Source: Candidatus Hodarchaeota archaeon (GTDB taxonomy: Archaea; Asgardarchaeota; Lokiarchaeia; Sigyniarchaeales; SOKP01). Taken from it: a DNA stretch of 64,000 nucleotides. The position numbers and the translations under genes are program-made. This document shows positions 48,306 to 58,539 of this stretch, in pieces. The stretch spans positions 170,958 through 234,957 of the forward strand of contig JBHLKM010000005.1 of NCBI GenBank assembly GCA_048886685.1, given 5' to 3'. The notes beneath the pieces are model-generated. The model was not told the DNA's origin and did not search any database. It saw only the letters and a program-made list of their open reading frames with translations. How positions within the stretch are numbered: position 1 is the first letter of the stretch; every line of letters starts with the position of its first letter.

Positions 48306-48863
48306 TTGGGAGAATCTGAGCAGGATGAAATAGAATTGGCTTTTAAGATATGTGTTTTTGGCGATACCGCGGTCGGAAAAACGTCCTTAGTTGATCGTTA
48401 TCTTACAAATGAATTCCATGAAAATATTCAAGCAACTCTCGGTGCATCAATTCACATTAAATTCATGCCAGTGAAGAATGGAAAAATAACGCTTCAAATC
48501 TGGGATTTTGGAGGTCATCAAAATTTTATGTTCCTTGTTTCCTCCTATGCGAAAGGTTCTTCAGGAGCAATTTTTATGTTTGACCTTACAAGTTTTAAAA
48601 GCTTAAAAAATTTAAATAATTGGTTAACAGAATTTAAGAAAATATCAGGAGTCATTCCTCTTATTTTGGTGGGAAATAAATTAGATCTTGAACAAGAAAG
48701 GGTTTGTAAAAAGGAAGAAGCTTTTGATTTAATGAAATCATATAAATTCTTTAATTATGTTGAGTGCTCTGCTAAAACTGGAGAGAATATACAATCTGTA
48801 TTTAAATTGTTATTACTAGAAATTTTATACAAAACTGGACGTAAGCACGTAATATTGCTTTAA
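48306..48863 (+). CDS. Rab-like small GTPase
   Basis: GDTAVGKTS, ATLG, LQIWDFGG, GNKLD, ECSAK. Confidence 0.93.
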   Translation: MGESEQDEIELAFKICVFGDTAVGKTSLVDRYLTNEFHENIQATLGASIHIKFMPVKNGKITLQIWDFGGHQNFMFLVSSYAKGSSGAIFMFDLTSFKSLKNLNNWLTEFKKISGVIPLILVGNKLDLEQERVCKKEEAFDLMKSYKFFNYVECSAKTGENIQSVFKLLLLEILYKTGRKHVILL

Positions 48864-48940
48864 ATAGAGACAAATCTAAAAATATTGCTTAATACTCAAT
48901 TGTCAAAAAAAAAAAATGATAAATTTATAAGTTTTTTTAA

Positions 48941-49618
48941 TTATAGATTTACAGAAAGTAATAATCCTAATACAATAGAGAATTGGGCGAAGATATATGT
49001 ACTCATAATAATAAGCCTTGCATTAGTAAACTCTCCGCTCCACTTATTCACAGCAATACAGGCGTCAGAGAAAATAAAAGAAATTGAACCAACATAAACG
49101 AAAGTAAATGGTAGTCCTTGAAACTCTGTAAATCTAAAGATTGCTGCTATATGCATTAATAAGATCGCTACTAAATAGACTAAAACAGGAATCTTCATAT
49201 CTTCGGTTTTGTTAATAAATCTTGGTACCGTAAATAAAATTACTAAGATTGCTGGTCCTAGTAAAAAGTATCCCCACGCATCAAAATTTGTAATATCAGC
49301 TATAGATAAGAAGAATGATATTATATAGAAAATCTGGTTAATCAAGAAAGCCCCCATCCCAAATATAAACCATTTATCCTGGTTTTCAAGCATCAAAAAA
49401 ATATCTCCAGCACATCCACCAAGTAAGGCAATAATAATTAACCAGTTAACATCTGTTATTGAGCTTGCTTCAACTATTCCGAAAATATAAAATAAAATCA
49501 GTAAAGGCATCAAAAGTGGCTTAGTACAATATTCGAGTTTTTTATTTTCTTTATATTCACCAAACACTTCTACTAAGGCAAAAATAAAGAATAGAATCAA
49601 AAAGATGTATTCAATCAT
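48941..49618 (-). CDS. YhhN/TMEM86 lysoplasmalogenase family protein
   Basis: TKPLLMP, AGDIFL, FIFSD, IMSTY..AQ. Confidence 0.88.
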   Translation of the reverse strand: MIEYIFLILFFIFALVEVFGEYKENKKLEYCTKPLLMPLLILFYIFGIVEASSITDVNWLIIIALLGGCAGDIFLMLENQDKWFIFGMGAFLINQIFYIISFFLSIADITNFDAWGYFLLGPAILVILFTVPRFINKTEDMKIPVLVYLVAILLMHIAAIFRFTEFQGLPFTFVYVGSISFIFSDACIAVNKWSGEFTNARLIIMSTYIFAQFSIVLGLLLSVNL

Positions 49619-49825
49619 AATTTTTCATTCTTGAATTATATGATGTAATGATAACCTATTAATTAATAAAGAATTAAATAATTTTAGTATAGTGATTTAC
49701 AGATTTGTGAGTCTAATCTCCCGTTCATGGTAAAATTTCCAATAAGAAATTTTAAAAATTTTTTTTCCTTTAAACATATAATTTAACCTTAATCTGTTAG
49801 TTATAGTGTAAAAAGTTGAAAATCT

Positions 49826-50740
49826 ATGCAATTTGGGATGCAAGTATCCAATTACTTTACCACATGGGAAAGCATACTCTCAACGATTAAAGAAATCGAA
49901 GCGGGTCGTTGGCACAGTCTTTGGTTCTCAGATCATTTTCTAGTCCCTATTCCAGGATCAGGTTTGGAGTCTAGAGAAGCCCTAGAAGGTTGGTCATTAA
50001 TTACAGCTACCGCTGCTGTTACTAAACGTCTTCGACTAGGTATACTCGTCACAGGCAATATTTTCAGAAATCCAGCATTACTTGCCAAGATGTCAGCCAC
50101 AGTGGACCATATCTCTAATGGACGTTTTATCCTTGGTATTGGTGCAGGTTGGTTTAAGCAAGAGCATGAAACCTTCGGTTGGGAGTTTCCAAGTGTTAAG
50201 GAGAGATGTGATCGTTTAGAGGAAGCTGTTGAGTTGATCAAAAAGCTGTTCACAACTGAAGGACCAATTGATTATAACGGTCGTTATTACAAGCTTAATA
50301 AGGCATATTTTTCACCTACTTGTATCCAGAAGCCGCATGTTCCTATTTTGGTCGGTGGAAATGGTGAGAAAAGGACGCTTCGTACTCTCGCTCGATTCGG
50401 TGACATTTGTAATATTGATTTTAATCCACCTGGATCTCCTGAAATATTTAAACATAAATTAGAAGTGTTAGAACATCATTGCAGAGAAATAGGTCGTGAT
50501 CCAGCTGAGATCAAGAAATCAATGTTGATTCCCCTTCGTCTTGAAAATGACGAGAAAAAAGCGGCTCAACTTCGAAAACAACGAGGAGAATGGGTTTTAT
50601 TCGGCACAAAGTCGTTTATAATTGACCGTATTCAACAATATATAGACGCAGGTGCCGAAGAGATCATGTTTGGCGGATTACCAACCAATCCACAACTATT
50701 TAAGATAATTAATGACGAGATTCTGTCTGCATTCGATTAA
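49826..50740 (+). CDS. LLM-class F420-dependent oxidoreductase
   Basis: WFSDHF, RNPALLAKMSATVDHISNGR, GIGAGW, VGGNGEK. Confidence 0.92.
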   Translation: MQFGMQVSNYFTTWESILSTIKEIEAGRWHSLWFSDHFLVPIPGSGLESREALEGWSLITATAAVTKRLRLGILVTGNIFRNPALLAKMSATVDHISNGRFILGIGAGWFKQEHETFGWEFPSVKERCDRLEEAVELIKKLFTTEGPIDYNGRYYKLNKAYFSPTCIQKPHVPILVGGNGEKRTLRTLARFGDICNIDFNPPGSPEIFKHKLEVLEHHCREIGRDPAEIKKSMLIPLRLENDEKKAAQLRKQRGEWVLFGTKSFIIDRIQQYIDAGAEEIMFGGLPTNPQLFKIINDEILSAFD

Positions 50741-50872
50741 TTAATTATTTACATTCCTCTATGTTTGAGATCTAAATTAGTTTATAAATAAAATCCTTTT
50801 TTTTTAATTTCTTTAAAACTTAAGTTATTGAAACAGCTTCTTTTTAGTTCTCATAAAGAATTGAAGGTTCGA

Positions 50873-52246
50873 TTATTGTATTTGATTTATTGCATCTTGA
50901 AATATTTCTAACCCCCGATCTACATCATCTTTAGAAGTTATTAATGGTGGGCTAAAGAGTAATATTGAACTATTTCGTGTTCTCATCATTGATGTGCCAA
51001 TAATTAATCCATTGGATACTGACATAGCTTGAATTCTATTGCATTTACTTATATCAGGCTCTTTAGTCTCTTTATCTTTCACTACTTCTAAACCAATAAG
51101 AAGCCCTTTACCCCGAATTTCCCCAAAAAAATCATAGTCCTTAGCAATATCTCCTAGGTTCTTCAAAAAATATTCCCCTACAACCTTTGAGTTTTCCGGG
51201 AGATTTTTTTCTAATATCACCTTTATATTTGCTAAAGCTGCTGCACAAGCAGCCGGATGATTCATGCTTGTTATTCCCATTACTCCTCGTCTCCAATATT
51301 TCTCAGTAAATGTGCCAGCTGCGCCCAAGGATTTAGCAATCTTTTCTTGTATCAATACTGCCGAACATGGAATATAAAATGATGTAAGCCCTTTAGCTAT
51401 CGTCATAATGTCTGGGATTAAGTCCCAATGTTCACAAGCAAACAATTTCCCAGTTCGGCCAAAACCAGTAAGAACTTCGTCTATGATTAATAATATATTA
51501 TACTTATCACAAATTTGTCTTATCATTGGAAAATATTCTTTTGGTGGTATAACAACTCCTCCCCACCCGATTATTGGTTCTGCTATAACTGCAGCAACTT
51601 GTTGGGAATCTTCATAATGAATCATATGTTCGATAAATTTAGCACACATTACTCCACATTTAGGATATTTTAATCCAAAATCACATCGGTAACAATATGG
51701 TGGTGGTACATGAATAAAACCTGGCATATTAGGATCAAAATCCATTTTATAGTTTAGAACTCCGCTAGCACTTAAAGTTGCTGCAGTATTGCCATGATAT
51801 CCTCCCCAAAGCGAAATTATTTTCGATCTTTTTGTATACCGTCGTGCTATCTTAATGGCTTGCTCATTCGCTTCAGAACCACCACAAATCGTAAACGATC
51901 TAGTTAAACCTCGAGGGGCCATTTCTGCTAAGAGTTTTATAAGTTTAATAGATGGGACATTCATTGGTATTCCCATCAGACCAGCTGTTGATTCTAATTG
52001 TTTTATTATAGAATTAATAACATCTCGATTACCATAACCAATATTAGTACAAGTTGCACCAGCTAAGAAATCTAAATATTCATTTTCACTTGTATCGATA
52101 AGTCTAATGCCATCAACTCTTTTAACAACTATAGGAAGATGAGCATGAGGTACAAAAGCAAAATTTTTATCCCATTCTATTAGTTTTTCGGTGTCATCTG
52201 TTCTTAAAATTTGATTTATTGTATTGATAAGCTCATTATCTTTCAA
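50873..52246 (-). CDS. class III PLP-dependent aminotransferase
   Basis: YLDF.AG, GSEANE, YHG, AEPI.G.GG, DEVLTGFGRTG, DIMTIAKG. Confidence 0.95.
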   Translation of the reverse strand: MKDNELINTINQILRTDDTEKLIEWDKNFAFVPHAHLPIVVKRVDGIRLIDTSENEYLDFLAGATCTNIGYGNRDVINSIIKQLESTAGLMGIPMNVPSIKLIKLLAEMAPRGLTRSFTICGGSEANEQAIKIARRYTKRSKIISLWGGYHGNTAATLSASGVLNYKMDFDPNMPGFIHVPPPYCYRCDFGLKYPKCGVMCAKFIEHMIHYEDSQQVAAVIAEPIIGWGGVVIPPKEYFPMIRQICDKYNILLIIDEVLTGFGRTGKLFACEHWDLIPDIMTIAKGLTSFYIPCSAVLIQEKIAKSLGAAGTFTEKYWRRGVMGITSMNHPAACAAALANIKVILEKNLPENSKVVGEYFLKNLGDIAKDYDFFGEIRGKGLLIGLEVVKDKETKEPDISKCNRIQAMSVSNGLIIGTSMMRTRNSSILLFSPPLITSKDDVDRGLEIFQDAINQIQ

Positions 52247-52392
52247 GATTATCTTCTCAACTATTTTTTATTAATACTAACTTTGACTCCCATAAAAAAT
52301 TTAGGGATTTTTTATAAACCAGAAAAATGGGATTCATAGTATAATTGTTGAGATATATGAAAATATGAATAGATTTATTATCTCACTATGCA

Positions 52393-52516
52393 CCAAAAGA
52401 TTTATATAGGAAAAAAGATATTTGTTCTATGACGAACATTCGATTTCGAACATTCGATTTCGAATCATTAAAAATTGAGGAATTAAGTATGGATACAATG
52501 CCATTCTATTTCGAAA
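52393..52516 (+). promoter_or_regulatory. promoter (BRE/TATA TTTATATA 52401-52408) followed by four 14-bp palindromic operator-like sites
   Basis: GTTCTATGACGAAC 52424-52437, ATTCGATTTCGAAC 52438-52451, ATTCGATTTCGAAT 52452-52465, ATTCTATTTCGAAA 52503-52516. Confidence 0.7.
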
Positions 52517-52609
52517 TTTATAATTATCAATGTAGAAAACATTCAACTTCTGAAAAAAAGGAAGATTATAAAGAAAAAAGGATTATTGAAATAATTAATT
52601 CTAATTTCT

Positions 52610-53197
52610 ATGAGGAAGGTAAGAAAAGTGAATAAAGTTAAAACTGGTTGGAAGTTGCCGTTATTGCCTTTACCAGTATGTCTTTTAGGTGTACATGTTA
52701 ATGGTAAACCAAATTTCAATACTATTGTGTGGTTTAACATGCTACATGACAATCCACCTTTAATTGGTATTGCAATGGCTAAGAGGCATTATACTAATCG
52801 AGGTGTTAAGCAAAATAGATCATTTAGTGTCAATATACCCACAAGTGATATGGTCGTTGTAACGGATTATTGTGGGCTATATTCTGGCTCAAAAATTGAT
52901 AAATCAAAGGAATTTGAAATCTTTTATGGAGAACTTAAAACAGCACCAATGATTAAGGAATGTAGTATAAACATTGAGTGTAAGTTAGTTAATATTAAAG
53001 AGTTCAAGAATACAGATCTATTTATTGGAGAAATTGTTGAAATATATTCAGATGAGAAGTATATTAAAGAGAAAAAACCAGACGTAAAGAAATTTGACTC
53101 ATTTATTTTTTTAATGCCCAACGGCCCATACTGGAAAATAGGGGATTATTTAGCTGAAGCATATGAAGTGGGTAAAAATTATAAACCAAAACAATAA
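52610..53197 (+). CDS. flavin reductase family protein
   Basis: PLPVCLLG, GKPN, FSVNIP, DYCGLYSG, APMIKEC, LFIGEI. Confidence 0.92.
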   Translation: MRKVRKVNKVKTGWKLPLLPLPVCLLGVHVNGKPNFNTIVWFNMLHDNPPLIGIAMAKRHYTNRGVKQNRSFSVNIPTSDMVVVTDYCGLYSGSKIDKSKEFEIFYGELKTAPMIKECSINIECKLVNIKEFKNTDLFIGEIVEIYSDEKYIKEKKPDVKKFDSFIFLMPNGPYWKIGDYLAEAYEVGKNYKPKQ

Positions 53198-53215
53198 TAA
53201 ATTTTAATAGTAGAG

Positions 53216-53695
53216 TTGAGAGATATGGAACTAGAAGAAGCAAAACAATTAAGTTTGAAGTTAATAGAAACCTCTAAAGCCGTTTATTTAACGACTATTG
53301 ACTCTTTGGGATACCCAATAACTAGAGCAATGTTTAATTTAAGAAATAAAGATCAATTTCCTGAATTTACAGACTTTTTCGCTGAGCAAGACTATGAATT
53401 TGTAATATATATCTCGACAAATACTTCATCATCGAAAATTGATCATATAAAGAAGAATCCTAAAATTTCTGTTTACTTCTGCGATCCCGATGATTTTAAA
53501 GGAGTTATGCTTGGGGGTGAGGTAGAAATTGTTGATGATATAAAAATAAAACAAAAAATTTGGTTAGATTGGTGGACAAGGTATTATTCAGAAGGATTAG
53601 AAGATCCTGATTATACCTTGCTACGATTGAATCCTAATAATGCAAGATTTTATTTTAGACTAAATCAAGTTAATTTTAATCCAGGAGAAAAATAA
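53216..53695 (+). CDS. pyridoxamine 5'-phosphate oxidase family protein
   Basis: LTTID..GYP.TRAM, STNTSSSK, NPKISVYF, DPDYTLL. Confidence 0.88.
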   Translation: MRDMELEEAKQLSLKLIETSKAVYLTTIDSLGYPITRAMFNLRNKDQFPEFTDFFAEQDYEFVIYISTNTSSSKIDHIKKNPKISVYFCDPDDFKGVMLGGEVEIVDDIKIKQKIWLDWWTRYYSEGLEDPDYTLLRLNPNNARFYFRLNQVNFNPGEK

Positions 53696-54147
53696 TGGAA
53701 AAGCTAAGAGAAGGAGGATTTTTGATCTCCAAGATTCAAAAGTTATCTAGTCGGATTTTTGCTAAATTACTTCGTGAATTTAAAGCTATTGAAATTAATC
53801 CTGCTCAGGGTAGAGTAATGTTTCCACTCTGGAAATCGACTAAAGATAAAATTTCCTTCCATGAATTATTACAAATGACATCATTAAGTAAAGCAACATT
53901 ATCTCATATGTTAGATAATCTAGAAAAGGTGGGACATATAAGGCGAATACGTCCAAAAGAAGATGAAGATAAACGATCTGTATATATCAAATTAACAGAA
54001 AAAGATAAAAAATTGCAGGATAAATACATCGAAGTTTCCAATCGAATGAAAGATATATATTATAACGATTTTACCGAAGAAGATATAGATAAGTTTGAAA
54101 GCTATTTAAGAAGAATTTTAGATAATTTAACAGATTTTAGTGAATGA
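53695..54147 (+). CDS. MarR family transcriptional regulator
   Basis: INPAQGRV, LSKATLS.MLDNLEK.G.I.R, DKRSVYIKLT; TAATG stop-start overlap. Confidence 0.93.
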   Translation: MEKLREGGFLISKIQKLSSRIFAKLLREFKAIEINPAQGRVMFPLWKSTKDKISFHELLQMTSLSKATLSHMLDNLEKVGHIRRIRPKEDEDKRSVYIKLTEKDKKLQDKYIEVSNRMKDIYYNDFTEEDIDKFESYLRRILDNLTDFSE

Positions 54148-54171
54148 ACTAAGTTATAATTTGATAATTAT

Positions 54172-54402
54172 TTAACCATCCGGTCTTTTTATTCTTTTTA
54201 TTTCTCTAATAATTTTTAATAAATAACAATAAGAACAGTAAAAGGTTATTTCTGGATTTTGCCATAATTTTATGATTTTATCATGATGTGGTTCAGGATA
54301 TTTCTGTATGAAATTACTGAATTTATATTCTTTTGTGCAATTTCCACAATATCTGATTGAACTATGCCCAATGGAAGTGGAAAATTCTTTTGATTTCACC
54401 AT
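54172..54402 (-). CDS. small zinc-binding protein
   Basis: 76 aa, CGNC...LW......FYCSYC. Confidence 0.65.
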   Translation of the reverse strand: MVKSKEFSTSIGHSSIRYCGNCTKEYKFSNFIQKYPEPHHDKIIKLWQNPEITFYCSYCYLLKIIREIKRIKRPDG

Positions 54403-54435
54403 CCTTTTCTCTTCTCTTAAGTATCAGTTAATCAT

Positions 54436-55371
54436 CTAACTTACATCTTTCTTTCTAGATATTTTAGGTATATATATTTTAACTCCTGGAAAATGAATTT
54501 TAGGAACTTGAATTTTTTGTATAATCTTTCGTGTGTTAAAATCTTTATCTAATTCGATTTTCTGATCCTGAAATTTAACAGAAGTTATATCAATTTCACG
54601 ATTTACAGTATAAACAGGAGATTCTTTCTCTTTCTTATCCAATTTACGTAATTCACCTTCCATTTTCTCTTGTACGTCTTTTTCTAATACATTTTCCTTA
54701 AATTTATCATTTTTAATAATTTCCTCTTCAATTGATTCTATGAAATCTATAAACTGGTATTTTTTCTCTCTTAGTATTGTCTCATAATGTTTTCTAAAAT
54801 TCTCAATAATCTCAAATTCCTTAAATTTATCATACTCAAACACCCATCCTGTATCTACATCATATAACATCCCTGTAATTTTCACTTCTGGAAAATATTT
54901 CTGTATTCTTTGCAAAGATTTTACTTGTTGTTTTATATTTCTCAATTCATCAATGAATGGTTTAAAGAAATCTCTCACTTTAGAAAAGAGATCTAATTTT
55001 TCCCTTGACTCATAAGAAAGAAATTCAAATGGTATTTTCTGTTTTAATTCTACCAATTGAATTTTTGTCATACCGCAGTCCAAATGACCTAAAATTATAA
55101 TATATTCAATATTATATTGATAAACAGTAAGTAAAATTGATCTTAACGCATCTTGAGTGAAAATATTTCCTGCATTTCTTAAAACAAATACATCTCCAGG
55201 ATTTAGTTGAAAAATTCGATGAACATCTATTCGTGGGTCTATGCAAGTAAGAATTAGTACAGGATATTTCGGTATCTTTCCTTCTGGTTCAATTTTTTCT
55301 AATTCTTTTAAAATTTTTAAACGGAACTGATAATTTCCATTTAGAAACATATCAATAATATTTTCTATCAT
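54436..55371 (-). CDS. beta-class carbonic anhydrase with charged C-terminal extension
   Basis: LTCIDPR, RNAGN, GHLDCG, YDVDTG. Confidence 0.9.
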   Translation of the reverse strand: MIENIIDMFLNGNYQFRLKILKELEKIEPEGKIPKYPVLILTCIDPRIDVHRIFQLNPGDVFVLRNAGNIFTQDALRSILLTVYQYNIEYIIILGHLDCGMTKIQLVELKQKIPFEFLSYESREKLDLFSKVRDFFKPFIDELRNIKQQVKSLQRIQKYFPEVKITGMLYDVDTGWVFEYDKFKEFEIIENFRKHYETILREKKYQFIDFIESIEEEIIKNDKFKENVLEKDVQEKMEGELRKLDKKEKESPVYTVNREIDITSVKFQDQKIELDKDFNTRKIIQKIQVPKIHFPGVKIYIPKISRKKDVS

Positions 55372-55383
55372 GATTTTTCTATT

Positions 55384-56205
55384 TTAATTTATTGAATTTG
55401 AATATATTACTAAACCATCTTCTTTTATCATGCTTCTCATATGACTTATATTTTTCTTATGTTCAGGTAAAAAGATTAAAGTGATTCCCCTAAATAAAAT
55501 AAAAATACTAGCAGCATAAAAACAACAGCCTATAATTCCCTTAATTAAGTCTTTACTCCCTACTTTAAGATTAAGATCTAAACTAACGTTAAAGAATTCG
55601 TCATTACTATGATCAAAAAGTATTATGATTACAGAAATAATTAAACAAATATAGAAAGGTTCAAATAAAATCTGAAAATTTCCTATAACTAATTGATTAA
55701 ATACATTTAATATGACCGAAATCCCTAAATAATAAAACACAAACAAAATAATCACCAACCCCGCTAACGAAGATATAGAATTTAATGAATTATAAAGCTT
55801 TAAACTAAAATTTATACGATTTTCCTTTTTTTTATCTGTAGTATTAAGAAAGTCTTCATCAATTTTACAAATTAAAATTAAAAATCCCTTGATTAGAATA
55901 AATATCCCTGTTCCATGAAATATGCATCCAATTATCCCCCAACACATAGCATCGAGAATGATGTGGTCAAACTCTTCATTGTATATCCTTGGGGAAATAT
56001 AATTTTTATCATAATTATAGAGCAAAAATCCTATAATGGAACCCAATAGGTATGTTGAGAATAAATGAATCCGATCAAAAGGATTTACTAAAATCTCAAG
56101 AAAAAATATAAAAAATATAATGGATACACATAAAGGAGGAATATATGAAATTTTATCGAAAAAATGTATGAATTTTTTAACATATTCTACTGATTTATTA
56201 TCCAT
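55384..56205 (-). CDS. hypothetical membrane protein with internal duplication
   Basis: WGIIGCIFHGTGIFILIKG and KGIIGCCFYAASIFILFRG. Confidence 0.7.
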   Translation of the reverse strand: MDNKSVEYVKKFIHFFDKISYIPPLCVSIIFFIFFLEILVNPFDRIHLFSTYLLGSIIGFLLYNYDKNYISPRIYNEEFDHIILDAMCWGIIGCIFHGTGIFILIKGFLILICKIDEDFLNTTDKKKENRINFSLKLYNSLNSISSLAGLVIILFVFYYLGISVILNVFNQLVIGNFQILFEPFYICLIISVIIILFDHSNDEFFNVSLDLNLKVGSKDLIKGIIGCCFYAASIFILFRGITLIFLPEHKKNISHMRSMIKEDGLVIYSNSIN

Positions 56206-56267
56206 TTCTTAAAATCCTCTTTTATTAATTATCGATTTAAAAAAAAATATTGGAAAAATTTGAATAA

Positions 56268-57437
56268 CTATTTTTTAACTAATATTTCCTTAATTTTCTC
56301 AGATCCACCATTACCAAAAAATTCCTTAATTTTATCAGAATACTCAGGTAAAAGCTGTAAGAACGGCATAATTGCTTTTGAAAGTGACGAAAACGCTTCA
56401 TTGCCATCACCCATGATAAACATTTTATCAGGATTTATATGTTTAAATATTTCAGGTAAAATATTAGTCAATTGAACCGCTAAGAACCTTTCGTCTGCGC
56501 TTCCCATAGCTTCTACTTGTTTCTTAAAACCCTCTGCTTGAGCCAACATTTGTCGCTTTATATTCTCAGATTCACCTTCAGCTTGGGCTATTAACTTCCT
56601 TTTTATTTGTTGAGCGTCCGCATCAGCTTCAATAATTTTTTTCTGTCTTTCACCATCAGCTTCAATCCTTTTACGTTCTCTTTCTTGTTCTGCGATTGCT
56701 ATTTCTTTATCTTTTCGCCGTAATTCAATTTCTCTCTCAACAGATTGTTCTTGAATTCCTACCTCATTTTTAACTTCTAATTCTCTTAATTTTGACACTC
56801 TTTCGGCTTCAGCTTTAGCAATTCTAGCTTTTCTAAGTTCTTCGGCCTGTTTAGTAGCCTCCATATTCCTTTTTAAATCAGGTTCTACTATAATTACCTC
56901 TAAAATTTCTAAGGATTCAATGACGATACCCCAATCAGCTGTCAGTTCATGTAAATCTTTCTCAACATGATCGATTATTTCCCTTCTTTCTCTAATGATC
57001 TTTTCCAATGGCATGTTAGCACAAGTGGTACGAATAATTGCTTCTGCTGCACCCTTTAGTATTTTTTCAACATAGTTATCATCTCTTATATTCCATGATA
57101 CAGCACTAAACGCTTTTTCCGGATCAATGACTTTCCAAATCAACAAACCTTCAATTTCAATATTTTGATACTCATTTGAAACTACTTGTTCATGTGCTTC
57201 AACTACAGTTTGAATACTTGTGGTTGGAATTACGATATATTCATCTATTAATGGGAGTAAAAATAAACTACCTCCCAACCCTGCGTGTTTGACTTTACCA
57301 TTACGTAAATGAATAACAAACTGGTTTGTTTTGAATTTTCTATATCTCGCAGCTAAAAATATTACGAATAGAAATACTACAATCCCTACTGTGACTCCAA
57401 TCCCTACGAAAACAGGATTTAATTCTTGAAATATCAA
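56268..57437 (-). CDS. SPFH/flotillin family protein
   Basis: N-terminal TM, SPFH core (WGIVIESLEI), EA-rich coiled coil. Confidence 0.9.
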   Translation of the reverse strand: MIFQELNPVFVGIGVTVGIVVFLFVIFLAARYRKFKTNQFVIHLRNGKVKHAGLGGSLFLLPLIDEYIVIPTTSIQTVVEAHEQVVSNEYQNIEIEGLLIWKVIDPEKAFSAVSWNIRDDNYVEKILKGAAEAIIRTTCANMPLEKIIRERREIIDHVEKDLHELTADWGIVIESLEILEVIIVEPDLKRNMEATKQAEELRKARIAKAEAERVSKLRELEVKNEVGIQEQSVEREIELRRKDKEIAIAEQERERKRIEADGERQKKIIEADADAQQIKRKLIAQAEGESENIKRQMLAQAEGFKKQVEAMGSADERFLAVQLTNILPEIFKHINPDKMFIMGDGNEAFSSLSKAIMPFLQLLPEYSDKIKEFFGNGGSEKIKEILVKK

Positions 57438-57553
57438 CTTTTTTTTAAAAACCTCCTTCTTTTTTTAATTTTAATTATAGAGCTTTAATTTTTTAGTTAA
57501 ATCTCGAAAATTCTTTACTAATTCTTTTGAAAAAATAAATTTAATTAGCATTT

Positions 57554-58498
57554 TTATCTCCTTTTTTTATTAATTGACTTTCTATTATTGTCCACTAATA
57601 AATAACCATTTTTCACATCACATATGTATACCCGATCACCCCTTTCAAAAGTCGAATCTGCTATTATTGGTTTAACATGCAATCGTTCAAATTTTAATGG
57701 CGTTTTTGAAGGTACTTTAATTATTCCCCCTCTCTCATCAACTTTTAACATTACTTCCCCTTGTTTCCCAATTAAATTCATTGTAGATGATATTCGATAA
57801 TAACGTGATTTTGCCAGAATTTTCCAAAATGAATTTATTAATTTTACAGATAAAAATGAAATTATAGGAGTTAAAAAGAATATTAAATACCTGAAATTTG
57901 CTCCTACAAGATAATATAAAGATAAACCTGAAATTCCATAAACAAGAAATGCAGTTGAAAATAGAAGCATGATGGGAGCAGGAGTAATAGTGGATATTAA
58001 ACCTGAATCAAATTCGCCCTCCATTTCGACATCTAAATCAGAATCCACATCTACTCCTGCTTCAACATCTAGATCCGCTTCCACTTCAACAGCATCAACA
58101 TCGATTTCTGCCTCTATATCATAATCAACATCTACATCTGCGTCGAGATCGATATCGCTATCTATATCAATGTCTACTTCAGCATCAACATCTACATCAA
58201 CTTCAGCATCAACATCTACATCAACTTCAGCATCAACATCTACATCAACTTCAGCATCTATTTCACCAGCTCCCGTTATGTTTGACTCCATTTGAGCTAA
58301 AAATGTGGAAATAATCGATAATATAAATCCTCCTATAAAAAATCCCAAACATAGGCTCAGAAAAATGCCATAAAAATTATTATAGAAAAAACCAATGGAT
58401 GTCATTAATAAACCAATGGCTATGATTAAAAATACAGCAATGTTATCCTTCCTTTTCCAACGAAGGTACATAAATCCTTTATAAAAATTTTTTCGCAT
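57554..58498 (-). CDS. NfeD-like (YuaF/YqiJ) membrane protein with long acidic repeat
   Basis: TM segments, D/E-alternating tract, C-terminal OB fold LIGKQGEV...GDRVYI; directly upstream of flotillin. Confidence 0.8.
   Translation of the reverse strand: MRKNFYKGFMYLRWKRKDNIAVFLIIAIGLLMTSIGFFYNNFYGIFLSLCLGFFIGGFILSIISTFLAQMESNITGAGEIDAEVDVDVDAEVDVDVDAEVDVDVDAEVDIDIDSDIDLDADVDVDYDIEAEIDVDAVEVEADLDVEAGVDVDSDLDVEMEGEFDSGLISTITPAPIMLLFSTAFLVYGISGLSLYYLVGANFRYLIFFLTPIISFLSVKLINSFWKILAKSRYYRISSTMNLIGKQGEVMLKVDERGGIIKVPSKTPLKFERLHVKPIIADSTFERGDRVYICDVKNGYLLVDNNRKSINKKRR
58176..58258. repeat. 24-bp tandem repeat ACTTCAGCATCAACATCTACATCA x3.5 (encodes DAEVDVDV)
   Basis: Exact copies at 58176, 58200 and 58224, partial copy at 58248. 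Confidence 0.92.
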
Positions 58499-58539
58499 TG
58501 AGGGCCTAATTTATTAAAATATAATTTTTTTGATGTAAA

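Noticed and set aside
52424-52465. Short palindromic repeats as a mini-CRISPR
   Set aside because: 14-bp units abut without spacers and there are no cas genes
52429-52635. 68-aa ORF upstream of the flavin reductase
   Set aside because: Its 5' part is the operator array and it has no recognisable motif; a leaderless peptide or gene remnant cannot be excluded
46922-54147. tRNA-anchored genomic island
   Set aside because: No integrase or att duplication seen; the LLM gene looks more GC-rich, but that alone is insufficient
58020-58260. 24-bp repeats as CRISPR or non-coding VNTR
   Set aside because: In-frame coding repeats within the NfeD-like gene, with no spacers
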